Made by a program: the position numbers and the translations under genes. A stretch of 64,000 nucleotides of DNA from Bacteroidota bacterium (GTDB taxonomy: Bacteria > Bacteroidota > Bacteroidia > AKYH767-A > 2013-40CM-41-45): assembly GCA_026391945.1 (NCBI GenBank), contig JAPLDA010000011.1, positions 8,188 through 72,187 of the forward strand. The letters run 5' to 3'. How positions within the stretch are numbered: position 1 is the stretch's first letter; each line of letters begins with the position of its first letter. The notes under the pieces were generated by a model. It was not told the origin of the DNA. It did no database searches and saw only the letters and a list, made by a program, of their open reading frames with translations. This document shows, piece after piece, positions 19,408 to 27,313 of this stretch.

Positions 19408-19435
19408 AGAGGCGATCGGGTTGATCGCCTCTTTT
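19408..19435 (+). terminator. Intrinsic terminator closing the cytochrome-porin-cytochrome unit
   Basis: AGAGGCGATC-GGGTT-GATCGCCTCT-TTT, a perfect 10-bp stem. Confidence 0.8.
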
Positions 19436-19511
19436 GTTTGGCAGGAAATTCCTGGTGCGGATCTTTGCCCAGTGGTGAAAAATTTCATTTTCATTTGGAT
19501 ACATTTAGCGG

Positions 19512-20741
19512 ATGGTAAGAAAAAAAACCTGGATTGACCTGTCCATTTTTAATTTATGTGTAGTTGCTTTTTTAGGAATGGTACTGAGAAGCAAGATGCT
19601 TTTCTCATTGCCTTTTATTGATTTCAATGATCTATCAAACGCCCACTCACACTTTGCTTTTGGCGGATGGGTGACATTGACGCTGATGTTTCTAATGGTG
19701 TACCGGTTGCTGCCGCATCCCCTGAACAACAAATCAATATATCAATGGATCCTCGGTGGAATCGTGCTGTGTTCCTGGTGTATGCTGTTATCATTTTATT
19801 TTCTGGGGAATGGGTATGTGTCAGCTTTTTTTTCTTTCTTTTTTATTTTCATCACGTATGTTTTCGGATGGATGATCATTAAAGACAGCCGAAAAGCCGG
19901 ATTGAGTAAGACAGTCTATCTCCTCAGTGTTTCATCTGTCGTTTGCCTTCTGTTGTCTTCTGTTGGGCAGTTAACGATCACGTATCTTTTTGCTGTTAAA
20001 TCGATCAATGCAATTTTTTATCGCGATGCACTGTTTACGTATCTTCATTTCCAATACAATGGTTTTTTTACGCTTGCTGTTTTTGCATTGCTGTTTCAGC
20101 AATTGGAAAATAAAATGACTGCAAAGTCAGCGCAACTCAGTTACAATTTTTCTGTTTTGATTTGTGTATCCATTCTTCCCTCCCTGTTTCTTTCTTACCT
20201 CTGGCAAAGTCCCGATACGTTTTTACGGATTGTTGCCATGTCAGGAAGCATCACTGTTTTACTGAGTCTTGTCTGCTTTATTATTTTCGGATTATCCATG
20301 GTAAAAATATACAGATCAGCCAGTCCGGTCTTACGTTTTTTAGGATTACTGTCCATGGGAGCCTTCATGCTGAAGATGCTTTTGCAAAGCCTGACCATTT
20401 TTACTTCTATTGGCAATGCCGTATTCGGTGCCAGGCCGATGATTATTGGCTTCCTTCACCTGGTGTTTTTAGGATTTGTTTCTCTTTTCCTGTTGGCCTG
20501 CTTTACCCGGGAGGGTTTTCTGAATGGGAAAAACAAATTTACAAGAGTATCACTGGCCGTATTTGCTGTTGGGGTATTGTTAAACGAAACTATTTTAATG
20601 TCTGAAGGTTTGGGTTCCATGCTGGTAAAAAGCAGCTACCTGTTTCCATGGATGCTTTGGATCGTAAGCCTTTGGATGTTTATTGGCGCTTTACTCACAG
20701 GTATAGCACGCATAAAGGAAAACAATAGAACGGCCGGGTAA
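19512..20741 (+). CDS. Polytopic membrane protein, NnrS/heme-copper-like
   Basis: About 12 hydrophobic segments; intramembrane His motifs HSHFAFGGW, YLHFQYNGFF, GFLHLVFLGFVS. Confidence 0.65.
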   Translation: MVRKKTWIDLSIFNLCVVAFLGMVLRSKMLFSLPFIDFNDLSNAHSHFAFGGWVTLTLMFLMVYRLLPHPLNNKSIYQWILGGIVLCSWCMLLSFYFLGNGYVSAFFSFFFIFITYVFGWMIIKDSRKAGLSKTVYLLSVSSVVCLLLSSVGQLTITYLFAVKSINAIFYRDALFTYLHFQYNGFFTLAVFALLFQQLENKMTAKSAQLSYNFSVLICVSILPSLFLSYLWQSPDTFLRIVAMSGSITVLLSLVCFIIFGLSMVKIYRSASPVLRFLGLLSMGAFMLKMLLQSLTIFTSIGNAVFGARPMIIGFLHLVFLGFVSLFLLACFTREGFLNGKNKFTRVSLAVFAVGVLLNETILMSEGLGSMLVKSSYLFPWMLWIVSLWMFIGALLTGIARIKENNRTAG

Positions 20742-20815
20742 AATTTTCTGACCCGGAAGAAAAATAAAAATTGATTTGAGTTACCGGGATTCTGTGAACA
20801 GAATTTCAAAGCAGC

Positions 20816-21301
20816 CTAATTTTTTCCGTCATTCTGGCGCATGAACTCCAGGAGATTGCGGGCGTCTTCATCACTGACACCCTGGCTTGGCATTCGTACC
20901 AAACAGGTGATAAACATTTTTTGCGCGATGAGATCGCTGTCGAGCATGACGTTTGTGTTCGTGATAAAGTTCATGATCCATTCTGGTGTTCGCCTGTCAG
21001 TAACTCCTTTCCATCCTGGTCCAACTAATTTTTCGGCTGTAAGTTTGTGACAGGCAAAACATTTTCCATCGTAAATCGGTTTGCCTTTTGTGATCAGTGC
21101 GGCATCTAAAGGATGAGTGAGTTGAACATTTTTGAATTTACCAATTCCATTGTCTGCTTCTTTTCCCGACTCAGCCTGCTTCATCAGGTTCGTGGTATCA
21201 TTCGACTTGCCTGCATTTCCGGGTTGTTTGTTGTCACTACAACGAATGGCTGTTATTGCAATCATGGAAAATAGAATCATGTACAGTGAATGGCGTTTCA
21301 T
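20816..21301 (-). CDS. Monoheme cytochrome c lipoprotein of the type found beside clade II nosZ
   Basis: Probable lipobox AIRC; KCFACHKLTAEKLVGPGWKGVTDRRTPEWIMNFITN; CLVRMP.Q; LEFMRQND. Confidence 0.85.
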   Translation of the reverse strand: MKRHSLYMILFSMIAITAIRCSDNKQPGNAGKSNDTTNLMKQAESGKEADNGIGKFKNVQLTHPLDAALITKGKPIYDGKCFACHKLTAEKLVGPGWKGVTDRRTPEWIMNFITNTNVMLDSDLIAQKMFITCLVRMPSQGVSDEDARNLLEFMRQNDGKN

Positions 21302-21427
21302 GTGTCAGATTATTAATGGTTATTCGCAAAACTAACGATTGTTTATCTATTAAGATGATTAAATAATGAGGAAAATCCAACGCTGTCAATCCGGAATCTT
21401 CTTTACCTTCGGTAAAAATTAAAAACC

Positions 21428-22330
21428 ATGACACTCTTCATCATCGGACTTTTACTGTTCCTGTTTGCCAAAAACTTAACGGAATTATTTCCGCAGATCC
21501 CAACCGTTCATCGTATGGTGCGGTTGGCGGGACTGGCATTGGCTGTGGTTGGAATCGCCAATGCATCCGTCAAACAAATTGATGCCGGTCATGTGGGAGT
21601 GCAATCGTTGTTCGGAAAAGTCCAGGAACATGTGCTCACCAGTGGGCTGAATGTGATCAATCCTTTTGTGGATGTTCACACGTTTGACATCAAGACACAG
21701 AATTATACCATGTCGGCCATTGCAACCGAAGGCGATAAAACCGGCGACGATGCCATTCGCGTTCTTTCTGCCGACGGACTGGAAGTGATCATTGACCTCA
21801 CGATTCTGTACAGTGTGATTCCTTCGGAAGCGCCCAATATTTACCGTGAAATCGGTGTGGACTATAAGAATGTAATCGTGCGGCCGATTACCCGTACGAA
21901 AATCCGTGACAATGCTGTGTACTATGATGCCGTGGCGCTTTATTCAAAGCAGCGCGATGAGTTCCAGGCGAAAATATTCAAGAGCATTGAAAATGATTTC
22001 AAAGCCCGCGGACTGGTACTGGAGCAATTGCTTGTGAGGAACATCACGTTGCCGCCTTCGGTGAAAGCCGCCATCGAATCGAAAATCAATGCGGAGCAGG
22101 ATGCACAGAAAATGCAGTTCGTTCTGCAAAAAGAAAAACAGGAAGCTGAACGCAAACGAGTGGAGGCGCAGGGAATAGCCGATTACCAACGCATCATCAA
22201 CAGTGAGATCACCGACAAACTTCTGCAATACGAAAGCATCAAAGCGCAAAAGGAAATTGCACTCTCGCCGAATTCAAAAGTGATCATCATGGGAAAAGGA
22301 GCGGGTTCTGTGCTGATCAGCGACAAATAA
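21428..22330 (+). CDS. SPFH/prohibitin (band 7) family protein
   Basis: N-terminal TMs; AGHVGVQSLFGKV, SADGLEV..D, AIESKINAEQ...KEKQEAERKRVEAQGIA. Confidence 0.92.
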   Translation: MTLFIIGLLLFLFAKNLTELFPQIPTVHRMVRLAGLALAVVGIANASVKQIDAGHVGVQSLFGKVQEHVLTSGLNVINPFVDVHTFDIKTQNYTMSAIATEGDKTGDDAIRVLSADGLEVIIDLTILYSVIPSEAPNIYREIGVDYKNVIVRPITRTKIRDNAVYYDAVALYSKQRDEFQAKIFKSIENDFKARGLVLEQLLVRNITLPPSVKAAIESKINAEQDAQKMQFVLQKEKQEAERKRVEAQGIADYQRIINSEITDKLLQYESIKAQKEIALSPNSKVIIMGKGAGSVLISDK

Positions 22331-22427
22331 ATCTTCCTTGTTTTTTTATCAGTATGCAACGCAGCCAAATTGTGTGCAATGTCGGCGCGAAAGGCCGAAC
22401 AGGAACGCGTTCTGTTTAACTACAAAC

Positions 22428-22733
22428 CTAATCAAGTGAAAGACGAAGCCTGCCACCAAGTCCGTCAGCAATAATTCTCATTAACGTTGAAAGACGAATA
22501 TCAGTGGCGTTGTTTTCAATTCTGGAAATGTAAGATTTCGTTGTTCCGCATTTTTCTGCAAGTTGCTCTTGTGTTAAATTCTTTTTCTCTCTCATTTCAG
22601 CAATCAAAACACCGAGTTTGAATGCTTCGAATTCACGCTCCCATTTTTCCCGTTTCTTAACTCCACGTTTTCCAAATTGCCGGTCAAGGTGATCTTCAAA
22701 AGAAGCAAGATTTTTATTCACTTTCTTTTTCAT
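22428..22733 (-). CDS. higA: HigA-like Xre HTH antitoxin
   Basis: LTQEQLAEKCGTTKSYISRIEN HTH; lies downstream of and overlaps the toxin gene. Confidence 0.8.
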   Translation of the reverse strand: MKKKVNKNLASFEDHLDRQFGKRGVKKREKWEREFEAFKLGVLIAEMREKKNLTQEQLAEKCGTTKSYISRIENNATDIRLSTLMRIIADGLGGRLRLSLD

Positions 22734-23073
22734 CGAAATATTGTTTTTTAAGTTTCATCGCTAATTCAATTTCATCCATGGGAGTCTTATCTGATTTTTT
22801 TTGAAAGCCATTGATTAAAATGATCAATTGACCTTCATCGAAGAAACAGAAAACCCGGAAGATATTTTTCCCAACCTCAACGCGAATTTCATAAAGTCCG
22901 TCGGCGCCTTCAATGTGTTTGAAATATTTTACCGGGATCCTGTCAAGCGATGCAACCAGGGCCAGTGTCCAGTTGAACTTGGCTTTTACTTCCCGGGATT
23001 GCTTATGAAAGAAATCCAGGTAGTAATGTTTGTAATAATATATCTTGCGGATGAACTTACTACTTACTGACAA
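22714..23073 (-). CDS. higB: RelE/HigB (Gp49-like) toxin
   Basis: GLYEIRV....NIFRVFCFF....IILINGFQKKS.KTP..EI; toxin-first gene order. Confidence 0.85.
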   Translation of the reverse strand: MSVSSKFIRKIYYYKHYYLDFFHKQSREVKAKFNWTLALVASLDRIPVKYFKHIEGADGLYEIRVEVGKNIFRVFCFFDEGQLIILINGFQKKSDKTPMDEIELAMKLKKQYFDEKESE

Positions 23074-23245
23074 AGTTAGCTGATTAGGTAACCGGTTCCA
23101 AATTATTTATTGTGTTTTCCTGTATAATCTGAAATATAGGGTGCTTCCGGAAGCATAACATCCAATGGCCAGCTTGTTTGGATGCTGTTGAACCCGGGTA
23201 TTCCGGGCAAACGGTCCCCGGCCTTCAGATGATAACCCGGCACAT

Positions 23246-24142
23246 TTATTTTCGTTTTTCATAAAATAACCCGATTAAAAATTCCTGCTGCAACTGAACC
23301 TGGTAGGAAACAGAAGGATCGTAAATGACATGCGTATCGAACCTGAACTGGAGATGCCTGAAAAAACGGAAGGTAAAACTGTTCCGGAAATCTGCACTCA
23401 CCTGGTCGCGGCTGATGCCATTCACAAAGAAGAATGAGAAATTATCCCAGGTGATGTTCTCCGAAATTTTTTTTGAAAAAATATTGGCCTGTCCGCTCAT
23501 GCCGTAATGTGCGAGGATGAAGGCACGGTCTGTTTTGGCAACCGGTGTTTCTTTGGGTTCTGTGGCACCAACGTAACGCGGCCTCGTGGACAGGCGAACG
23601 GCGGATAATCCTAACAGGACGTTTGAGTAATCCCATAACATCCATGTTACGTTGTATGAAAATGAAAGGGTGACAGGATTTAGAAAACCGCTTCTCCATT
23701 CCATCGAATTTGTTTCGGCGGGCTTCCTGCTGTAACGATACGTGTTGAAGAACTGGCTGCTCACTGATAGTGAATAAGCATGCGTAGTGGTGTTGGATGC
23801 CTTCTCTGTGTACACGATGTTGATCCGCCAGTTGTCGGCATATTTCGTCCAAGTTGAATCGAGGAATTTCAGGTAACCGAGATCGGTTTTCAGATGATAA
23901 CTCCGGATGAATTTTTCTTTGGTTATTTTATAATAGCAATCTGATCCGGCAAGAAAAAGAAAGTCCCTGACGTCGTTCCTGTTAAAATTATTCTGAATGA
24001 TATAGGAAGTGGAGAGGGATGAACACACAGAAAAGGTTTTCTTCGGCAACGGTGAATGTTCCGTCAACGAGTCAGGAGAAGAAGAAAAAATTTTAAATGC
24101 CTGGATAAAAAACATCCCGGTAACGATTAAATATTTTTTCAA
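23246..24142 (-). CDS. Probable outer-membrane beta-barrel (DUF3078/DUF481-like)
   Basis: Signal peptide; aromatic alternating strands; LGY.K..D..W.K..D and SQFF..Y patterns. Confidence 0.5.
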   Translation of the reverse strand: MKKYLIVTGMFFIQAFKIFSSSPDSLTEHSPLPKKTFSVCSSLSTSYIIQNNFNRNDVRDFLFLAGSDCYYKITKEKFIRSYHLKTDLGYLKFLDSTWTKYADNWRINIVYTEKASNTTTHAYSLSVSSQFFNTYRYSRKPAETNSMEWRSGFLNPVTLSFSYNVTWMLWDYSNVLLGLSAVRLSTRPRYVGATEPKETPVAKTDRAFILAHYGMSGQANIFSKKISENITWDNFSFFFVNGISRDQVSADFRNSFTFRFFRHLQFRFDTHVIYDPSVSYQVQLQQEFLIGLFYEKRK

Positions 24143-24274
24143 TGGAATAGAAAAATATAAAAACTAAAATAGTGTTAGGTCAACTGTGAATTGACGTAAT
24201 TAATATATCGTCATTGCCTTGTTGTAAACAGTGTCCGGTTTTGATTTTTGATTTTTTAGATTTAACTTTTGTTG

Positions 24275-24908
24275 TCAATGAATGATTTTAAGAAGTGTGT
24301 CAGGGTTGGTTAATTCTCCCCGCCGAAAAAATACCAACTTGCCTTTGTCATCCAGAACGATGTGTTGCGGGGATATGTTGCCAACCGGGCATTTCGGGCA
24401 AATTTCCTTTTTCAGTTTTTCCACTTTTTCGAATTCTGATGTGCCGTATTTGGCTGCGCTAAGGATGTAAGCCGGCTTGTTGTAATGAATTTCAGACAGC
24501 GTTTTATTCATCGCCTTCACATCATAATTTTGAACCACCAGGACCTGGTTGATGTTTTTATCTTTCATGCGATCATTAAAAAAACCGGTAAGAACGCGGC
24601 AAATCGAAATAGGAATGCGGATACCATGTTGCCCAGATAACGATCCAGGTATATTTTTTTCGCCCCATCAACGCCGTTATGTTGCCGCCATCGATTTCCT
24701 CGGAAACAGGCAATCCTGATTTCAGGAGACGCGGTTCGTCATCAAAATTTTCGATGTTGAATCCGGCGATTTGTATGCTGTCATTTTTTGAAATGGATGT
24801 GCTGCCATCATCATCCTTCCTTGAAAAGGAAACGACGATACAGGAGCTTAGCATGAATAAAGCTATAATGGATAGAAATGACTTTCGTAGCTTTCGTGAG
24901 CTGGTCAT
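24275..24908 (-). pseudogene. Thioredoxin-like lipoprotein split by a one-base frameshift in an A7 run
   Basis: ORFs 24576-24908 (lipobox LSSC, WATWYPHS) and 24275-24568 (PQHIVLDDKGKLV) join as ...YRFF-NDR-MKDK... if one A of 24578-24584 is removed. Confidence 0.65.
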
Positions 24909-24981
24909 TGTAGCAGATTAAAATGAAATGCAAAACAGGGTGATGTGCCGGGCTATAAATAATATATCATCTTGTTTCCTG

Positions 24982-25563
24982 TCATGGTTCACCGCCCCAT
25001 CTTTTTTGCCAGTCCAGATCGACTTTGTAAATGCAGATGTTGCAGCCTGTATTTTTTTTGAGATTTTCTTCCCATGCTTTTACTTCGATTTTGTTCAACC
25101 TTCCTACCATACGGGCCCAGTATATAAATACATAATAGTCGTAATTTTTTTCCTTGTCAATCACCACCGGTTGGTTGTCGAGTGTAAGCAACCCTTTGAT
25201 TTCTGAATCAAGTGATTGTTTGGATACGCGCCTGTTCGCCGGAAAATTACAAATGGTTTGGGAGAACTCATAAGCCGGGGAATTGCAAGCGGCACCAGTG
25301 TCTTTGTAATAAACGAGTACCCCATTTTTGTCGAAAGCCCGTAATGATGGAAAATCTCTTATTGTTTGGAAACGTTTGTAATAGCTAACCGTATCAGAAA
25401 GAACCAAAATATTATGTGAGTCGATTTTTTTCTTTTCCAGGTAACGCAGCAACGATTCTTTGTCTTCTGCTTTTGGCGTACGATAGCCATAGAACAGTTT
25501 TGCTATGGTGGTGCAACCCGAAAAGAAAATGCACAGGGATACAATGAGTAGTTTTATTTTCAT
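24982..25563 (-). CDS. Hypothetical lipoprotein, degenerate thioredoxin-like C-terminus
   Basis: Lipobox FSGC; YDYYVFIYWARMVGRLN; KVDLD. Confidence 0.7.
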   Translation of the reverse strand: MKIKLLIVSLCIFFSGCTTIAKLFYGYRTPKAEDKESLLRYLEKKKIDSHNILVLSDTVSYYKRFQTIRDFPSLRAFDKNGVLVYYKDTGAACNSPAYEFSQTICNFPANRRVSKQSLDSEIKGLLTLDNQPVVIDKEKNYDYYVFIYWARMVGRLNKIEVKAWEENLKKNTGCNICIYKVDLDWQKRWGGEP

Positions 25564-25635
25564 GAGATCAAAGTTGCATAACAGGAAGGCAACATCAAAA
25601 TTTATTTATATTGCCTTCCTGTCGCGTCATAAAAT

Positions 25636-26055
25636 TCAGAAAGTAATGGTGATGGTTTCTCCTTTAATGCTGATCGGATATTTACCGGCTTTTATAGTAT
25701 AATCATCTTCATAGCCGATTTCTTTCAGAATTTCGGCTGGTAGCGGAAAATCATCTTCGCACAAAAAAAATCCATTTGAAAAATATGTTTTGAAGGCTTC
25801 CGGGGTAATGTCCTTGTCGGCATTCATGGTGAGAACAATATGCCTTTCGTCATCCATGTCGATCTCGGCACGTCCTATATTTTCAAACGGGAATTGCAGG
25901 GGAGGGACTTCGATGGTCCATCGGCACCATCCGAAACCTTCGCAATCCCTGTGACGTGCTAAGACAATGGTGACGATGACTTTTGCAGAAACTTCAGCCG
26001 CGGAAGTCCCGATGAGAATAAAAGCGATGATCAATCGTTTAATAATTTTTTTCAT
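25636..26055 (-). CDS. Small secreted protein with a C-x-G-F-G-x-C motif
   Basis: Start at MKKIIKRL after an AT-rich leader; signal peptide; RDCEGFGWCRW; C-terminal IKAGKYPI...ITITF. Confidence 0.7.
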   Translation of the reverse strand: MKKIIKRLIIAFILIGTSAAEVSAKVIVTIVLARHRDCEGFGWCRWTIEVPPLQFPFENIGRAEIDMDDERHIVLTMNADKDITPEAFKTYFSNGFFLCEDDFPLPAEILKEIGYEDDYTIKAGKYPISIKGETITITF

Positions 26056-26532
26056 GAGGTTAGTTTTAAAATTGGTTTCAATGATTAAATGTTTTGGGTT
26101 CGCCTGTTTGGCCGGCGGAGCCTGCTGCGGTTTTGCTTCCAGCAAAAACCAAAGCCTGGTTGTGAGATCCGGTGCACCTGCACCGGTAACGTGCTTTACA
26201 CAGGAATGTATATAATTTATTTTTCAAACAGCAGCGTGCAAGTTTGTATACAGTGATGGCGATGTCTTTGCCGGGGATCATCCGGGCATAGAATATTTTT
26301 CGCCGCTAAAGTACTGCGGCTTATTTCTGGTATCAAGGGTATTTGTACTGAATGTGTCCCGGTAATTATATGGATACTGATTTGTTTAAAAAACTGTTGA
26401 AAAGAAGATCAGCGTGTTTTTATTATATGGCATCCGATCATTTTTATTTGCAGGGTACGATCAAGGTGGATGGTACAGGAAATTTTATTTTTTTTTCAGC
26501 TTTCCGGATCTTTTAAATTTTGATACACCACT

Positions 26533-27201
26533 ATGACACCCATTACCGTTGGCTTCTATGACGAGAAGCAATTGCTGAGAGCATTGATGCAACATGTTTA
26601 TTCAACAGCCGGCGAACTGAACATCCGTTTCAGTGCATGGAATGAAGAATCGCTGCTGGAATCGCTTCAGCATTCGGTGCCCGACATCGTATTGATGAAC
26701 CTGTCGGGCAAACCTCATTTCTGCCAGGCTTTGATGTTGAAATTGAAAAATGAATTTCCTTTCCTGAAAATCATCGGCTATGTTTATGGAGCGGAGTTAT
26801 CCCAGGAGGAAGTCTTCAGGATCATCAATGCCGGCGCTTCCTCCATCCTCACCGATGAGCATACGCCGGAGGAAGTCCTCCGGGCATTTCAACAGGTCAT
26901 GGAAAATGGTTTTCATATGAATGAAGTCGTGAATGAGGCCATGTTCATGTATTGCAAACGAAACCGGGTTCTGAGGAAATCATTCGGGCCCGGTGAAAAA
27001 TTCAGTGAGCGTGAAATAAAAATTATTGAACAGAAAAAATCGGGAAAAACATCTGTGGAAATTGCCGGTGAACTTTTTATCAGCAGGAAAACAGTGGATG
27101 GCATACTCCATGAACTTTACAGCCGCCATGAATGCCGCAACTTTAATGAACTGCTGAGAAAGTATGAAAGCATGAACGAAATGTTCATAGTGAAATCATA
27201 A
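26533..27201 (+). CDS. NarL/LuxR-type response regulator with a degenerate receiver domain
   Basis: Receiver-like N-terminus (PDIVLMNL) and HTH FSEREIKII....GKTSVEIAGELFISRKTV. Confidence 0.8.
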   Translation: MTPITVGFYDEKQLLRALMQHVYSTAGELNIRFSAWNEESLLESLQHSVPDIVLMNLSGKPHFCQALMLKLKNEFPFLKIIGYVYGAELSQEEVFRIINAGASSILTDEHTPEEVLRAFQQVMENGFHMNEVVNEAMFMYCKRNRVLRKSFGPGEKFSEREIKIIEQKKSGKTSVEIAGELFISRKTVDGILHELYSRHECRNFNELLRKYESMNEMFIVKS

Positions 27202-27313
27202 GTTCCTGTTTATATTGCGCCCGGATTGTTAATAGAAGTTGTTTACATTTTTTTTTCCGGTTCACCATGACCGGTTTCTAATTCATTAACTTGCGTTACT
27301 TTTAATAATTTGT

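Noticed and set aside
22350-22427. Possible attC-like cassette site downstream of the TA pair
   Set aside because: Only short hairpins are present; no convincing paired R/L boxes, no second copy and no integrase.
26078-26281. 67-aa minus-strand ORF upstream of the CxGFGxC gene
   Set aside because: No motif or signal; it overlaps the probable 5' leader, so it cannot be supported as coding.
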